This document shows, piece by piece, positions 63,604-64,000 of a DNA stretch of 64,000 nt. Position 1 is the stretch's first letter, and each line of letters begins with the position of its first letter. The stretch comes from Candidatus Latescibacterota bacterium (GTDB lineage Bacteria > Latescibacterota > UBA2968 > UBA8231). The notes beneath the pieces are model-generated. The model saw only the letters and a list, made by a program, of their open reading frames with translations, searched no databases and was not told where the DNA came from. The stretch is from NCBI GenBank assembly GCA_965221775.1, contig CBDCSU010000006.1, forward strand, positions 32,001 to 96,000. Reading direction: 5' to 3'. Both the position numbers and the translations under genes were made by a program.

Positions 63604-64000
63604 TTACCCGCCCATTCCGCGCTCGTACCAGGGGGTTCTCTCCTCGACCAGTTGGTGATAGCGGGCCACGGCCGCATCGATGCCCTCGCTGACGGCCGAG
63701 GCCGCGGTCTTGGCGGAGCCGGCCTTGGATGTGGCCATGTCGAAGTCTTCGGCGGAAGCCGCGGCTCTTGCCGCGCTCAAGTCGGCGTCGGCAGCGTCGA
63801 GGTCGGCGCGCAACTGCTCGATATCGACCTCGGTGCCCTTGCCGGCCGGGGCGGCTTCGAGGCTGGCGCGGACCCCCTGGATGACCATGGAGGCGTCGGC
63901 GATGGCGGCCTCGGCGGCGGCCATGGCGGCGGCCTTGGCGGCCTCGGCCGACGAACGGGCCATGTCGGCCTTGGACTTGGCGTCGGCGATCTGCGGCACC
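63604..64000 (-). CDS. Ala-rich helical/coiled-coil protein (DUF4398-like), 5'-truncated by window edge
   Basis: Open to the window end; Ala/Lys/Asp-rich helices with an APAGKG turn; followed by a strong terminator. Confidence 0.65.
   Translation of the reverse strand, partial: VPQIADAKSKADMARSSAEAAKAAAMAAAEAAIADASMVIQGVRASLEAAPAGKGTEVDIEQLRADLDAADADLSAARAAASAEDFDMATSKAGSAKTAASAVSEGIDAAVARYHQLVEERTPWYERGMGG

Noticed and set aside
1-64000. tRNA, rRNA, transposase, integrase or prophage genes
   Set aside because: No recognisable signatures seen by eye; a tRNAscan/Infernal run would be needed to exclude small RNAs formally.

Overview
Very GC-rich bacterial window with about 50 real genes; most long ORFs in the supplied track are shadow ORFs or have over-extended starts, so I re-called the starts. 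Gene content suggests a diderm of the FCB radiation, most resembling Ca. Latescibacterota-type genomes (inference only). Layout: (1) 1-21.8 kb is a cell-surface/secretion locus. It holds two CRTAC1/ASPIC-UnbV FG-GAP lipoproteins, three paralogous 700-1000 aa secreted proteins ending in a FlgD-Ig-like domain with a (PN)PxSPNGDxxND motif and a terminal Tyr, an ~890 aa probable outer-membrane barrel with an Asp/Asn-rich insert, a GT-C+TPR membrane protein, a secreted protein with a SWGQIK tail, and carbohydrate-related lipoproteins. (2) 22-30 kb is a surface polysaccharide cluster: flippase, a frameshifted O-antigen ligase/polymerase, two GT4s, a Wzz-like and an SLBB/Wza-like gene. (3) 30-43.6 kb holds orphan catabolic enzymes. 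(4) 43.9-51.3 kb is a ten-gene Mrp/Mnh Na+/H+ antiporter operon. (5) 51-62 kb is mixed metabolism and repair (gluconokinase, Fpg, PfkB, GalB-like, Nfo, a sigma70 factor). (6) 62-64 kb has an L,D-transpeptidase, an apparently catalytically dead paralogue and an Ala-rich protein. I saw no rRNA, tRNA, CRISPR array or mobile element. The best candidate for an undescribed system is the FlgD-CTD cargo plus barrel locus. All family assignments come from reading motifs by eye; no database search was run.
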